31,988 nucleotides of DNA from positions 1 to 31,988 of the IMG/VR virus record IMGVR_UViG_3300048589_000239. The stretch is one strand, 5' to 3'. The notes under the pieces were generated by a model that saw only the letters and a program-made list of their open reading frames with translations, ran no database searches and was not told where the DNA came from. Position 1 is the first letter of the stretch. Every line of letters starts with the position of its first letter. The position numbers and the translations under genes were made by a program. Of this stretch, positions 7,425-16,822 are shown piece by piece. The DNA comes from a virus (Duplodnaviria > Caudoviricetes).

Positions 7425-8005
7425 TGACGATGAACAGACGCGAGCAGATCGAGGAACACGTTCGGGGGATCATGCAACTCTTTGATCTGGATCTGACCGA
7501 TGAGTCCTTGAAGGATACACCAAAGCGGGTTGCCAAGATGTTTGAGGCTGATCTGTTCTGGGGATTGAAAGAGGAACATATCCCAAGCATGACGACACAG
7601 GAAAGCAAGGGATATAACGAGATGCTGATCGAGACTAATATCACAGTCAACAGTCTTTGCGAACATCATCTCGTTCCGATCATCGGCTCGGCTCACATCG
7701 CCTATATCCCAAATGATCGCATCCTGGGTTTGTCGAAGTTCAATCGCATCGTCGATTACTTTTCGCGCAGGCCGCAGGTACAGGAAAAGCTAACAAAGAA
7801 CATCAAGGACTTTCTGGTCAAGGTCTTGAACACCGAAGATGTTGCCGTCGTTATCGACGCCTCCCATATGTGCGTTAGAATGAGAGGGATACGTGACCGC
7901 GCATCCATCACCCGCACCAACATGCTGGGAGGTCGATTCATGGCGGGCGAAGTGAGAGCTGAGCTGTTCGCCTCGCTGCCCAAGCCTTCGGACCTCCAGC
8001 TATGA
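7421..8005 (+). CDS. folE: GTP cyclohydrolase I
   Basis: DTPKRVAKM, SLCEHHLVP, GLSKFNRIV, RRPQVQEKLT, HMCVRMRG. Confidence 0.95.
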   Translation: MMTMNRREQIEEHVRGIMQLFDLDLTDESLKDTPKRVAKMFEADLFWGLKEEHIPSMTTQESKGYNEMLIETNITVNSLCEHHLVPIIGSAHIAYIPNDRILGLSKFNRIVDYFSRRPQVQEKLTKNIKDFLVKVLNTEDVAVVIDASHMCVRMRGIRDRASITRTNMLGGRFMAGEVRAELFASLPKPSDLQL

Positions 8006-8018
8006 GAAGGGTTCGAGC

Positions 8019-8495
8019 ATGGCTGGACAGAAACCCCCGGCCCGAGATCAAAAGTCAAAACCAGTTATAACAGATCGCCCCAATCGCAGAGGACCGAAGC
8101 TCAAGGGACCGACCACAGAGGAAGACTTTCAAGCCTTCGAGTCTCTCTGCAAGATTCAGTGCACGCTTCACGAGGTGGCGGCCTTCTTCAATTGCGATGC
8201 TGACACGGTTGAGAAGCGGGTACGCGAACATTACGGGATGAAATTTTCGGAAGTTTTTCGACTAAAAAGGAAGGCGGGCATCGTCTCCCTGAGACGCCTC
8301 CAGTATGAGAAAGCCCTGGCAGGGAACACGACAATGCTTATCTGGCTTGGGAAGCAATACCTGAATCAATCCGAAGAGCCTGCGCCCCATGATCCCGATC
8401 CGATTGCCGATGGGCGGACTGATGACGAGATCGAGGCAGAGATCGAGCGCCGCATCAAGCGCCGCATGGACCGCGAGGCAAGGATGAAGAAATGA
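8019..8495 (+). CDS. terS: Terminase small subunit
   Basis: HTH-like CTLHEVAAFF plus SLRRLQ..AL.GNTTMLIWLGKQYL.Q motif; precedes the large subunit. Confidence 0.8.
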   Translation: MAGQKPPARDQKSKPVITDRPNRRGPKLKGPTTEEDFQAFESLCKIQCTLHEVAAFFNCDADTVEKRVREHYGMKFSEVFRLKRKAGIVSLRRLQYEKALAGNTTMLIWLGKQYLNQSEEPAPHDPDPIADGRTDDEIEAEIERRIKRRMDREARMKK

Positions 8496-9940
8496 GATCA
8501 AGGTCGGTCGAGCTGCTGACAGACATGCGTGAGTCTGATCTGAGATGGGCGAGGAAGGATCTCCTTGAATTCATCCTTGAGATCATGCCTCACTACAAAG
8601 TCAATTTTCATCATCGCATCATCTGTGATCGTCTGACCCAACTGCTCTGGCAGAAAGGTCAGAGGATCATAGTTTGCGTTCCGCCCCAGTATGGAAAGTC
8701 ACAGATCGTCAGCCGATGCCTTCCGGCTTTCATTCTCGGCAATGATCCGAAGGCCAAGATCATCATGGGATCTTACTCGGCCTCGCTCTCGATGACTTTC
8801 AACCGGGCCGCGCAATCGGTCATGGAGTCCGACCGATACCGAGAGATCTTTCCCGATACTCTGATCAGACCATTCGCACCCAGAAAATTCATGCGCACAG
8901 CTCAGCTCTGTGAGACGAGCGAGTATGGATATCTTTATACGGTGGGCGTTGGCGGCTCGACGACAGGGCGATCGGCAGATCCCCTGCTCATCATCGACGA
9001 TCCATTCAAAGACTGGAAAGAAGCTCTTTCACCTGTGCGCAGGCAGAACGTGATTGATTGGTTCGGCTCTGTGATCGAGTCGCGTCTGTCTCTCAATGCC
9101 AATGTCGTGATCGTCCAGACCCGATGGCATGAGGGCGATCTGTCCGGCTACCTTCTCAAGCGGGCGCTGGAGGATCATGATGCAACCCAATGGGAGCTGC
9201 TTAATTTCCCTGCGATCGTTGAATCAATGGATGAGCTGCACCCCGACGATCCGAGAAAGATGGGCGAGGCCCTTTGGCCAGAAGTCAAAGGGGACGCCGC
9301 GAAGCTATCAAGGATCAAGAAGGATGTAGGCTCTTATATCTTTGCCGCGCTCTGGCAGCAACGACCAAGATCGGCGACCGGCAACATAGTCGATCCCAAA
9401 TGGTGGCGGCGGTATCGTGTCCTTCCTCATGACTTTGAAGAGATGATCATCTCCTGCGATGCAGCATTCAAAGACTTCGAGACGAGTGACTATGTGGTCA
9501 TCCAGGTCTGGGGTCGCAAGGGTGTTGACAAGTATCTTGTGGATCAACGCAGAGATCACATGGACATTATCCGAACATGCAAAGAACTTGTTAACATGAA
9601 GGTGAAGTATCCCGATTGCGATGCGGTCTACATCGAGGACAAGGCGAATGGAACGCCCATCCTCCAACTGCTAAAGAAGAAAGTCAGCGGCCTTATTCCA
9701 GTCGAGCCGGATGGTTCCAAGGTCGCGCGTGTTCATTCCGTGTCGCCTCAGATCGAGGCTGGCAATGTCTGGCTTCCCGATGAAAGTATTGCCCTGTTCC
9801 CCATTGACAAGTTCATAGAAGAGTTCAGCAACTTCCCGCTTGCAGACAATGACGATCAAGTGGATGCTGCCACTCAGGCATTGGAAAAATTATCCGAAGG
9901 CGAGAACCATTACTTGCGAGCCCTCTTGGGAAAGGAGTAG
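8492..9940 (+). CDS. terL: Terminase large subunit
   Basis: Walker A PPQYGKS, Walker B LIIDDP, TRWHEGDL, nuclease motifs SCDAAFK, IEDKANG, DDQVDA. Confidence 0.95.
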   Translation: MRSRSVELLTDMRESDLRWARKDLLEFILEIMPHYKVNFHHRIICDRLTQLLWQKGQRIIVCVPPQYGKSQIVSRCLPAFILGNDPKAKIIMGSYSASLSMTFNRAAQSVMESDRYREIFPDTLIRPFAPRKFMRTAQLCETSEYGYLYTVGVGGSTTGRSADPLLIIDDPFKDWKEALSPVRRQNVIDWFGSVIESRLSLNANVVIVQTRWHEGDLSGYLLKRALEDHDATQWELLNFPAIVESMDELHPDDPRKMGEALWPEVKGDAAKLSRIKKDVGSYIFAALWQQRPRSATGNIVDPKWWRRYRVLPHDFEEMIISCDAAFKDFETSDYVVIQVWGRKGVDKYLVDQRRDHMDIIRTCKELVNMKVKYPDCDAVYIEDKANGTPILQLLKKKVSGLIPVEPDGSKVARVHSVSPQIEAGNVWLPDESIALFPIDKFIEEFSNFPLADNDDQVDAATQALEKLSEGENHYLRALLGKE

Positions 9941-9948
9941 GACCCGTT

Positions 9949-11640
9949 ATGCTTGATACCCTGAAACAACAGATCACGGTTCGTCTTGATGATTGGGTCA
10001 ACACGTTGACCAATCTTAATGTGCTTGGAAAGGACAAGCGTCTCGGCGCTGAAGCACAAGCCTACCTTATGTCTGAGGCCGAAGCCGAACAGACTTATGC
10101 TGGCGACGACATCGCGGCGAAGGTTGTGGACATGCTGCCCAAAGACATGGTGCGCGAGGGATTCAAGCTCAAGATCCCCTCATGGGATGAGGAGGAGATC
10201 AGAAACTTCGTGACCTACCTTGAGCAGGAGATGAATTGGAAAGCGACTTTCCAGAAAGCTCTGAGCTGGGCTCGCCTCTATGGTGGCTCGGGTGTTGTGC
10301 TCGGGATCGACGATGGAGCGCCCAACCCCTGGTCGCCCCTCAATACGAATCGGATACGACGCTTTGACTTCGCCACTGTTCTGAATCGGCATGAGCTGAT
10401 CTGGCACATGATTGATGAGGACCCCCGATCGAAGAACATGGGGATGCCCCTGATCTATCAGATGCAACCCCGCTTCTCGATGAAGGGCGCGGGCATCACG
10501 ATGATCCATCATAGTCGGATCATTCGCTTCGATGGCGCCACCCTCCCCAGGCAGCTCTTTATTCAGAATGGGTTCTGGTCGAACTCTGTGCTGGCAACCT
10601 TCCGGGGGCCGCTCTCGAATTATTCACAGACCCAGGATGGCGTTGCAACCCTGATGACTGAGATGGCGGTCGGCGTGTTCAAGGTCAAGGACATGCAGCG
10701 CCTGATGTCGATGAAGGGCGGCAAGAACCTTCTGCAAGAGCGCCTGAACCTGATGGATCTCGCCAAGTCCGTTGTAAACAGCATCATGATTGATGCCGAA
10801 GAGGATTACGAAAGAAAGCAAACACCGCTGACGGGTGTGGCTGATGTGATCGACAGGATGGAAAGGCGACTGGTCACGGCCTCCGGATATACCCATACCG
10901 TTCTCTTGGGCGAGGCCCCTGGCGGCGGCATGGGCGAGACAGGAAAGTCTGAGCGACACGATTACTATGACTTTGTGAGCAAGGAGCAGGAGGTTGTTCT
11001 TAAGCCTGCGCTTCGCCAATTCATCAAGCTCTGCTTCCTGAACAAGTCGGGCCCCACCCGAGGGATCGAGCCCCCGGATTGGGACATCGAGTTTTGCCCT
11101 CTCTGGCAGGAGCCGGAAGGCGAGGTCCTCGATCGCAAGGAAAAGCAGGCCCGCATCGACGACATCTATATCAAGAACCAGACGATCACCCCCGAAGAGA
11201 TCGCCCGCTCCCGCTTTGGCTCTGGAGAGTACAGCCATGAGACGAAGCTTGATTTCGATCGGCCAACCATGGAGGAAACGCCGACGAGAGAGGAAGTGGA
11301 GGCAGGCTTGCCGCCTTTGCTCGAGGAAGAAAATCCAGAACAGACAACGGGTACAGGGGGAGGGCAATCAAACCCGCCGGCCGTCGAGGAAGTAGATCAA
11401 ACCGATGATGAGAGATCAGCCGAGATCATGAAGGACACAAGCCTGAATGGAGCCCAGGTCACATCATTGATCACAGTCATCCAGGAGGTCGCCAGCAATC
11501 GCCTGCCGAGAGAGACAGGGATCAGGATCATCGAGGCGAGCTTTGGCCTATCGACAGAACAGGTGGAAAGCATCATGGGCGAGGTCGGCAGAAGCTTCAC
11601 CATCGACCAGGGGCAGGGTCAGAGCGGAGGCGCTGAGTAA
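9949..11640 (+). CDS. Portal protein (DUF1073-like) with an acidic C-terminal extension
   Basis: WARLYGGS, IHHSRIIRF, T.LLGEAPGG, F.PLWQ motifs; position after terL. Confidence 0.85.
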   Translation: MLDTLKQQITVRLDDWVNTLTNLNVLGKDKRLGAEAQAYLMSEAEAEQTYAGDDIAAKVVDMLPKDMVREGFKLKIPSWDEEEIRNFVTYLEQEMNWKATFQKALSWARLYGGSGVVLGIDDGAPNPWSPLNTNRIRRFDFATVLNRHELIWHMIDEDPRSKNMGMPLIYQMQPRFSMKGAGITMIHHSRIIRFDGATLPRQLFIQNGFWSNSVLATFRGPLSNYSQTQDGVATLMTEMAVGVFKVKDMQRLMSMKGGKNLLQERLNLMDLAKSVVNSIMIDAEEDYERKQTPLTGVADVIDRMERRLVTASGYTHTVLLGEAPGGGMGETGKSERHDYYDFVSKEQEVVLKPALRQFIKLCFLNKSGPTRGIEPPDWDIEFCPLWQEPEGEVLDRKEKQARIDDIYIKNQTITPEEIARSRFGSGEYSHETKLDFDRPTMEETPTREEVEAGLPPLLEEENPEQTTGTGGGQSNPPAVEEVDQTDDERSAEIMKDTSLNGAQVTSLITVIQEVASNRLPRETGIRIIEASFGLSTEQVESIMGEVGRSFTIDQGQGQSGGAE

Positions 11641-12527
11641 TGGCAAGGGCTCCCAGAATTACAGACTTCATCCCCAGAAGCCGCGGGAAGCCTGAGCCCA
11701 TCCCTTACCCCCGGAATCTTGAAAGGCGATACGAGGCCATCGTCCAGGGCCTTGTGGTTGGGCTCAAGGAGGATCTGCAAAAAGAGATCGTCGAGATACT
11801 GCCGACGATCGAGGCTCTGTTCCGATCCGACATGGGCGCGACGCGGCGGGTTGATTCCGTGGGCCGCCCGATCCGTCTTGATGTGATGGATGCCTTCGAT
11901 CTGCTGGAGGCGGCTTTGCAGAGAATCCTCGTGCGGTTTTCCAAAGCCCTTGGCGATCGCCGTCCCCAGATCTTTGATGTGGGCCAGGCCATCAACAAAG
12001 ACAACGAGCAGGCGACCCGCAAGTCTTTGGGGGTCGATCTTCTCCTTGGCGATGATCAGATCATCAAGGCGATTGATGCCTGGACCAAAGACAACGCCCG
12101 CAAGATTACGCGCCTTGCCGAGGCCGAGACGGATCAGATCAGCAACATAGTTCTTAACGGGTATCGTCAAGGACTCTCTCCTTCCGGTCTGAGATCAGCC
12201 ATACTGGATACATTCAGAGCTGCCGATGAGCGCGAAAGCCAGATGGTCCGGGGGATGTCGCTGGAGGCGCGGGCCAAGTTTGTCGCCCGCGATCAGGTCG
12301 CAACCCTTAATGGACAGGTCGCCCGCATGAGACAGGAGCGGGTCGGGATCAGAAAGTACATTTGGCAAACCTCTGAGGATGAGCGGGTTCGTCCATCTCA
12401 TGCTGCCCTTAACGGCGAGATCATGAGCTGGGATGATCCACCCCCTTTCGGTCATCCCGGCATGGACTACAATTGTCGATGCGTGGCAATCCCATATCTC
12501 GATGACACAGATGATGATGACGAGTAG
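11640..12527 (+). CDS. Head morphogenesis protein (SPP1 gp7/Mu gpF family)
   Basis: RAKFVARDQ, YIWQTSEDERVRPSH, HPG.DYNCRCVAIP. Confidence 0.9.
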   Translation: MARAPRITDFIPRSRGKPEPIPYPRNLERRYEAIVQGLVVGLKEDLQKEIVEILPTIEALFRSDMGATRRVDSVGRPIRLDVMDAFDLLEAALQRILVRFSKALGDRRPQIFDVGQAINKDNEQATRKSLGVDLLLGDDQIIKAIDAWTKDNARKITRLAEAETDQISNIVLNGYRQGLSPSGLRSAILDTFRAADERESQMVRGMSLEARAKFVARDQVATLNGQVARMRQERVGIRKYIWQTSEDERVRPSHAALNGEIMSWDDPPPFGHPGMDYNCRCVAIPYLDDTDDDDE

Positions 12528-12574
12528 GCCGGTTTGAGGTTAGAGTCTCAATTAAATTTCGGAGTCATAAAAAA

Positions 12575-13840
12575 ATGAAGCAGCAGATCAGGATGGATCG
12601 CATGTCCTTCGGCAAGCCTCAACGTCTTGCCAATGGCTATTTGCGGGTTCCGATCACGGCGACAAGATCGGGGATCTTTGTTTACCGGCGCGATGATGGC
12701 TCGGAGTGGCGAGAGTTCCGCCCGCCTGAAGAAGTCTTCAACCCCGCGTCCATGGAGACATTGAAGGGGGTACCGGCGACCAATGGACACCCGACAGTCA
12801 ATGATGGTCTTCTCACATCCGAGAACACCACAGACCACATGGTAGGCTTCACTTCTGAGAAAGTCGAGCGCGTCGATGATCTTCTGGCCACCACCATGAC
12901 TATCACCCACGCCCCTAGCATTCAGGATGTTGAGACAGGCGACAAGCGGGAAGTGTCGTGCGGCTATGTCTGTGATCTCGACATGAAACCCGGTGTGTAT
13001 CAGGGTCAGCGGTATGATGCTGTCCAGCGGAATATTCGATACAATCATGTTGCCATCTGCAAAAACGCACGAGGCGGCTCCCAGGTCCGCATCCACCTGG
13101 ACTCTCAAGAACAGGTCTTACGCTTGGACTCAATCCTGAGTCCCGAAGAAAACCCTAGAGGAGACTCTTTAATGGAAAAGACGATTGTAATTGATGGTGT
13201 CGAGTACAAGGTCAATGCAGATGTTCATGCTGCCGTGACTGGAAAATTCAACAAGGACCATCAAACGATCCAGGGATTGAACGACAAGCTGAAGCTGGCC
13301 GATGACGACAAGGCCAAAGTCCAGGCTCGCGCCGATTCCCTGGAAGCTGATCTTAAGAAGGCGAAGGAAACAGCAGGCGTCCGCACAGACTCTGCCGAGT
13401 TCAAGGAAGCCATCAAGGCCCGCGTGGCTCTTGAGCGTTTCGCAGCTCCCCGCCTTGACGACAAGGATCTGTCGGCCATGAGCGATCGGGATATCATCGT
13501 CGAGCTGATCAAGCTCGATTCCCCTGAGTTCAAGGCAGAAGGAAAGTCGGATGTGTATCTGCAAAGCCGACTCGATCACATGATTGAAACAGCCGATGAC
13601 GAGATCGAGGATGGAGAAGTTCACCTTGATAGCGAAGACGAGGACAGCGAGGAAGATCATGGCCAGGGCGGCAATGGCCGCTCTGGCGCTTATGATCGCA
13701 TTCGCTCTGGGGTCAAGACCGGCGTTCGCAATGATCAGCGCGGTCGCCAAAAGACTCATGAAGAGATCCGCGCCGATGCGATGGAGAAGCAAGCCAACGC
13801 TTGGCAGAAACCAATCGGCGCAACCCGCAAGGCCCGCTAA
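12575..13840 (+). CDS. DUF2213 prohead protease/scaffold protein
   Basis: GYLRV, RPPEEVF, P.TNGHP, EVSCGY, QRNIRYNHVAI...ARGG; coiled-coil/acidic C-terminal half. Confidence 0.85.
   Translation: MKQQIRMDRMSFGKPQRLANGYLRVPITATRSGIFVYRRDDGSEWREFRPPEEVFNPASMETLKGVPATNGHPTVNDGLLTSENTTDHMVGFTSEKVERVDDLLATTMTITHAPSIQDVETGDKREVSCGYVCDLDMKPGVYQGQRYDAVQRNIRYNHVAICKNARGGSQVRIHLDSQEQVLRLDSILSPEENPRGDSLMEKTIVIDGVEYKVNADVHAAVTGKFNKDHQTIQGLNDKLKLADDDKAKVQARADSLEADLKKAKETAGVRTDSAEFKEAIKARVALERFAAPRLDDKDLSAMSDRDIIVELIKLDSPEFKAEGKSDVYLQSRLDHMIETADDEIEDGEVHLDSEDEDSEEDHGQGGNGRSGAYDRIRSGVKTGVRNDQRGRQKTHEEIRADAMEKQANAWQKPIGATRKAR
13172..13840 (+). CDS. Putative nested scaffolding protein (in-frame internal start)
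   Basis: AGAGGAG (13157-13163) followed by in-frame ATG 13172 (MEKTIVIDGVEY) at the domain boundary. Confidence 0.55.
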   Translation: MEKTIVIDGVEYKVNADVHAAVTGKFNKDHQTIQGLNDKLKLADDDKAKVQARADSLEADLKKAKETAGVRTDSAEFKEAIKARVALERFAAPRLDDKDLSAMSDRDIIVELIKLDSPEFKAEGKSDVYLQSRLDHMIETADDEIEDGEVHLDSEDEDSEEDHGQGGNGRSGAYDRIRSGVKTGVRNDQRGRQKTHEEIRADAMEKQANAWQKPIGATRKAR

Positions 13841-13878
13841 TCATCCATCGACCCCTTCATTTTAAAGGAGATGAATTC

Positions 13879-14352
13879 ATGCAAACTTCTGTTTCGATGA
13901 ACATGCCTCGCGCTCGTGCAGGTCAACTGGCCCATGCTTTCAAGTCTGAGGACATCCGAACCATGCTGGCTGAGGGTGCAGTTCCCTTTGGTCATGGTGT
14001 TGTCGAGGGAACAGCAACCCGCCAGGGCAAGGTGCCCTCTGCTGACACTCAGGTGTTCGCAGGCTTCGCAGCTCTGACCCAGGCCCTTGAATCACGGACT
14101 GGTTCATCTGCTCCCGGCTATGCCGATGATGAAACCCTCAATGTCTGTAACTGGGGCGCTGTCTGGTGTCAGTGCACAGATACAAACCTCCCATCGGTAA
14201 ATGGTTCTGTTTATGTTGTTGTGGGCACAGGCAACGCAGGCAAGCTCACAAGCTCCGCTTCTGGCAACATCAACATCACCACCAAGGTCGTTGTGCGTGA
14301 GGTCGATTCTGATCTCAAGCTGGCCCTTGTCGAGTTCCGCGAGCGCGTCTAA
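13879..14352 (+). CDS. Head decoration/cement protein
   Basis: AAGGAG RBS, ATG 13879; VPFG.GV motif; lies between protease and capsid genes. Confidence 0.7.
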   Translation: MQTSVSMNMPRARAGQLAHAFKSEDIRTMLAEGAVPFGHGVVEGTATRQGKVPSADTQVFAGFAALTQALESRTGSSAPGYADDETLNVCNWGAVWCQCTDTNLPSVNGSVYVVVGTGNAGKLTSSASGNINITTKVVVREVDSDLKLALVEFRERV

Positions 14353-14433
14353 GCCTCTCGCCATTCATTCAGACCCTTGACGATGTAATCCGTAGTTCCT
14401 GAACACTCTTTTAAATCTTAGGAGAAAGACATA

Positions 14434-15393
14434 ATGAAGCGTCGCAACCAGAAAGGCCCGCGCTTTCCCCGCCTCGACTCGAATGAAAGCATCTTCTTTG
14501 CCCGCGAATTGGAGACGATCAAGTCGCGTTCTTATGATGTGCGGTACCCCACTCTTCGCCAGCGGGAAGTTATTCCTGTCAGCTTCGAGGGTGATCCCGC
14601 AGCCCAGACCATCACATACAACCAGTATGATCAGGTGGGCATGGCCGCGATCGTAAGCGATTACGCGACCGACTTCCGCAATGTCGAGATCTCGGGCAAG
14701 CAGTTCACAGCGCAAGTCAAATCGCTGGGCGCGGCCTATCAGTATTCTGTGATGGAGATCAGATCAGCAGCCAAAACAGGCAAGCCTCTGACGACATCCA
14801 AGGCGAACGCAGCCCGTCGCGCGATCATGCAGCTTGAGCGTGACATCGCTTTCTGGGGCGACAGCGCCGCTGGCCTCCAGGGCTGGCTGACCAATGCCAA
14901 CATCCCCGATGTGACCCTGGCTCATGGGGCCTGGCTTGATGATGCGCAGACAACTGCCAACATCCTCGCCGATCTCAACAACCTTGCGAACTCTGTGATC
15001 GACACCTCGAAGTCGGTCGAAGTTCCCAACACGATGCTCCTCCCAATCCCTTACTACACCAAGCTGGCAACAACGCCACGCTCGGATGGTTCCGACATGA
15101 CGATCCTGAATTACTTCCTTGAGAACACCCCGTTCATCGACAGCGTTGATTGGTTGGCTGAACTCGCCGCTGCAAACTCGGGCGGCAATCTCTCGGATGA
15201 TACGGCGATCGTCTATGATCGCAACCCTGAAAAGTTCACGCTTGAGATCCCTCAAGAGTTTGAAACCTTCGCGCCTGAGCTGCGGGGCATGGCTTACAAG
15301 GTTGCAGTGCATGAGCGTTGCGGCGGCGTGATCATCCCTTATCCTCTGTCGCAGGCGATGACCGATGACATCGGCGGCAACGTGTCCAGCTAA
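14434..15393 (+). CDS. Major capsid protein (DUF2184, HK97 fold)
   Basis: FFARELE, YSVMEIRSA..G.PL, IAFWGD...GL.G.L, RCGGVIIPYP motifs; AGGAG RBS. Confidence 0.88.
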   Translation: MKRRNQKGPRFPRLDSNESIFFARELETIKSRSYDVRYPTLRQREVIPVSFEGDPAAQTITYNQYDQVGMAAIVSDYATDFRNVEISGKQFTAQVKSLGAAYQYSVMEIRSAAKTGKPLTTSKANAARRAIMQLERDIAFWGDSAAGLQGWLTNANIPDVTLAHGAWLDDAQTTANILADLNNLANSVIDTSKSVEVPNTMLLPIPYYTKLATTPRSDGSDMTILNYFLENTPFIDSVDWLAELAAANSGGNLSDDTAIVYDRNPEKFTLEIPQEFETFAPELRGMAYKVAVHERCGGVIIPYPLSQAMTDDIGGNVSS

Positions 15394-15447
15394 TAGAGAA
15401 GTCCAAGGAAAAAACCCCAGTTAACAAACCAAAGATAGGAGTCTTCC

Positions 15448-15894
15448 ATGCTGATCAAAAACAACCGGGAAAGGGTTCTTAGAGTCTTTGAACCCTCCGG
15501 TCGCGGCATCGTTCTTCTCCCTGGCGTGAGCCAGCTCGATCCGAAAACCTGGAACTACCTCAAGGGCAATCGAAACTTTGCCAAGGACATCGAGCGTGAG
15601 CATGTGACTGTGCTCACAGAGGAAGAGGCCCCGGCCAAGTCCTCACAGATCAGCGTCTTCCGCAATGTGCGGGAGGCTTTCGACATCATTCGGGCCACGT
15701 TCGATGTGGCTCTCTTGAATAGCTGGAAGGTGGGCGAGGAACGCGGGACGATCATCAAGGCCATTGATGAACAGCTCGCCAAGCTCGAACGCAACAAGCA
15801 GAAAGCTCTGGCCAAGGCCAAGGCGAAAGCCAATGCCGAAGCAGTTGGGGATGAAACAGATGATGATCAGAATGATCAGAACATCGAAGAGTAA
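15448..15894 (+). CDS. Hypothetical head-associated protein
   Basis: AGGAG RBS; position after the capsid gene. Confidence 0.55.
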   Translation: MLIKNNRERVLRVFEPSGRGIVLLPGVSQLDPKTWNYLKGNRNFAKDIEREHVTVLTEEEAPAKSSQISVFRNVREAFDIIRATFDVALLNSWKVGEERGTIIKAIDEQLAKLERNKQKALAKAKAKANAEAVGDETDDDQNDQNIEE

Positions 15895-15905
15895 GAGGTG
15901 ACCCG

Positions 15906-16259
15906 ATGGCTTCGAGTGTAATGGCTACCGTTCGCGCCATAGCCCCCGAGCTGAAAGATCGACCGGCCAATGAGTTTGATATTTTTCAAGCTCTCGCCGA
16001 GGTCTGGCTGGACGAAAGTGTCTGGGGTGACAAGTTCACAGTTGGGCTCTCCTACCTAACGGCCCATCTGATGACGCTCTCGATCTCCCGTGGGGGTGAG
16101 ATAGCAGGACCATTGACCTCGGAGACTGTCGGGGCAACCTCCGCCTCTTACGGCACATCGGGCCTCAGTGAAGAGGAAATGGGATCGACAGGCTATGGGC
16201 AGATGTTTGTATCTCTGCGCCGCGGCGTTGTCTATTCGCCTCTCGTCGGGGGTTGCTGA
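15906..16259 (+). CDS. Head-tail adaptor (DUF4054-like)
   Basis: YLTAHLMTL, SETVG..SASY, STGYGQMF motifs. Confidence 0.75.
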   Translation: MASSVMATVRAIAPELKDRPANEFDIFQALAEVWLDESVWGDKFTVGLSYLTAHLMTLSISRGGEIAGPLTSETVGATSASYGTSGLSEEEMGSTGYGQMFVSLRRGVVYSPLVGGC

Positions 16260-16822
16260 TGGCCAGACTGCTTTCAGATGAAGAGATCCAACGGCTCATG
16301 TCTGGCAAAGGTTATTCAACCAAAGTCAAGGGGAGCAAGGGTTTTGATGTGAAAGCAGTCAATAAGTTTATTGAGGATGTCGGCCAGGGCATCACCCTGA
16401 CTGTCGGCATCCATGAGGACGCGGGCGAGGCGGAAGGCACAACGCTTGCTCAGATCGCATACTGGAATGAGCATGGCGTGAAGACCAAGGCGACCTCTGA
16501 ATCAGACTCGCCCTGGCGCATCCCCCCGCGTCCTTTCATGCGACCGACTATAGACAGCCAGGGGAAGAAAGCTGATCAGATGCTTTCCAAGGAGATCGAG
16601 AAGATCTTTCAGGGCAAGAAAAAATCCAGCATCGCAACAGCTCTCGGGCGAGTCGGCGCTTTCCTGGCTGGTGCCATTCAAAGAAAAATCACAACCCTGA
16701 AGCGCCCGCCGAATGCTCCATCGACGATCAAGAAAAAGGGATCCAGCAATCCCCTGATCGACACCGGTGCGATGCGTCAGGCGGTCGGCTTCAAGGTTAC
16801 TCAGGGGAAGGGTGAGCAATGA
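16259..16822 (+). CDS. Neck/tail-completion protein
   Basis: VGI, AQIAYWNEHG, IPPRPFMRPT, PPNAPSTIKKKGSSNPLIDTG. Confidence 0.75.
   Translation: MARLLSDEEIQRLMSGKGYSTKVKGSKGFDVKAVNKFIEDVGQGITLTVGIHEDAGEAEGTTLAQIAYWNEHGVKTKATSESDSPWRIPPRPFMRPTIDSQGKKADQMLSKEIEKIFQGKKKSSIATALGRVGAFLAGAIQRKITTLKRPPNAPSTIKKKGSSNPLIDTGAMRQAVGFKVTQGKGEQ

Noticed and set aside
4351-8005. Host-type queuosine tRNA-modification operon or QatABCD defence system
   Set aside because: No queF/queA and no QatA/B/D genes; the TGT-like protein lacks the C-terminal zinc-binding Cys motif of tRNA TGTs, and the context is phage packaging.
9949-11640. Anti-CBASS Acb1 label sometimes given to DUF1073 proteins
   Set aside because: Size, motifs and position indicate a portal; no 2H-phosphoesterase domain recognised in the C-terminal extension.
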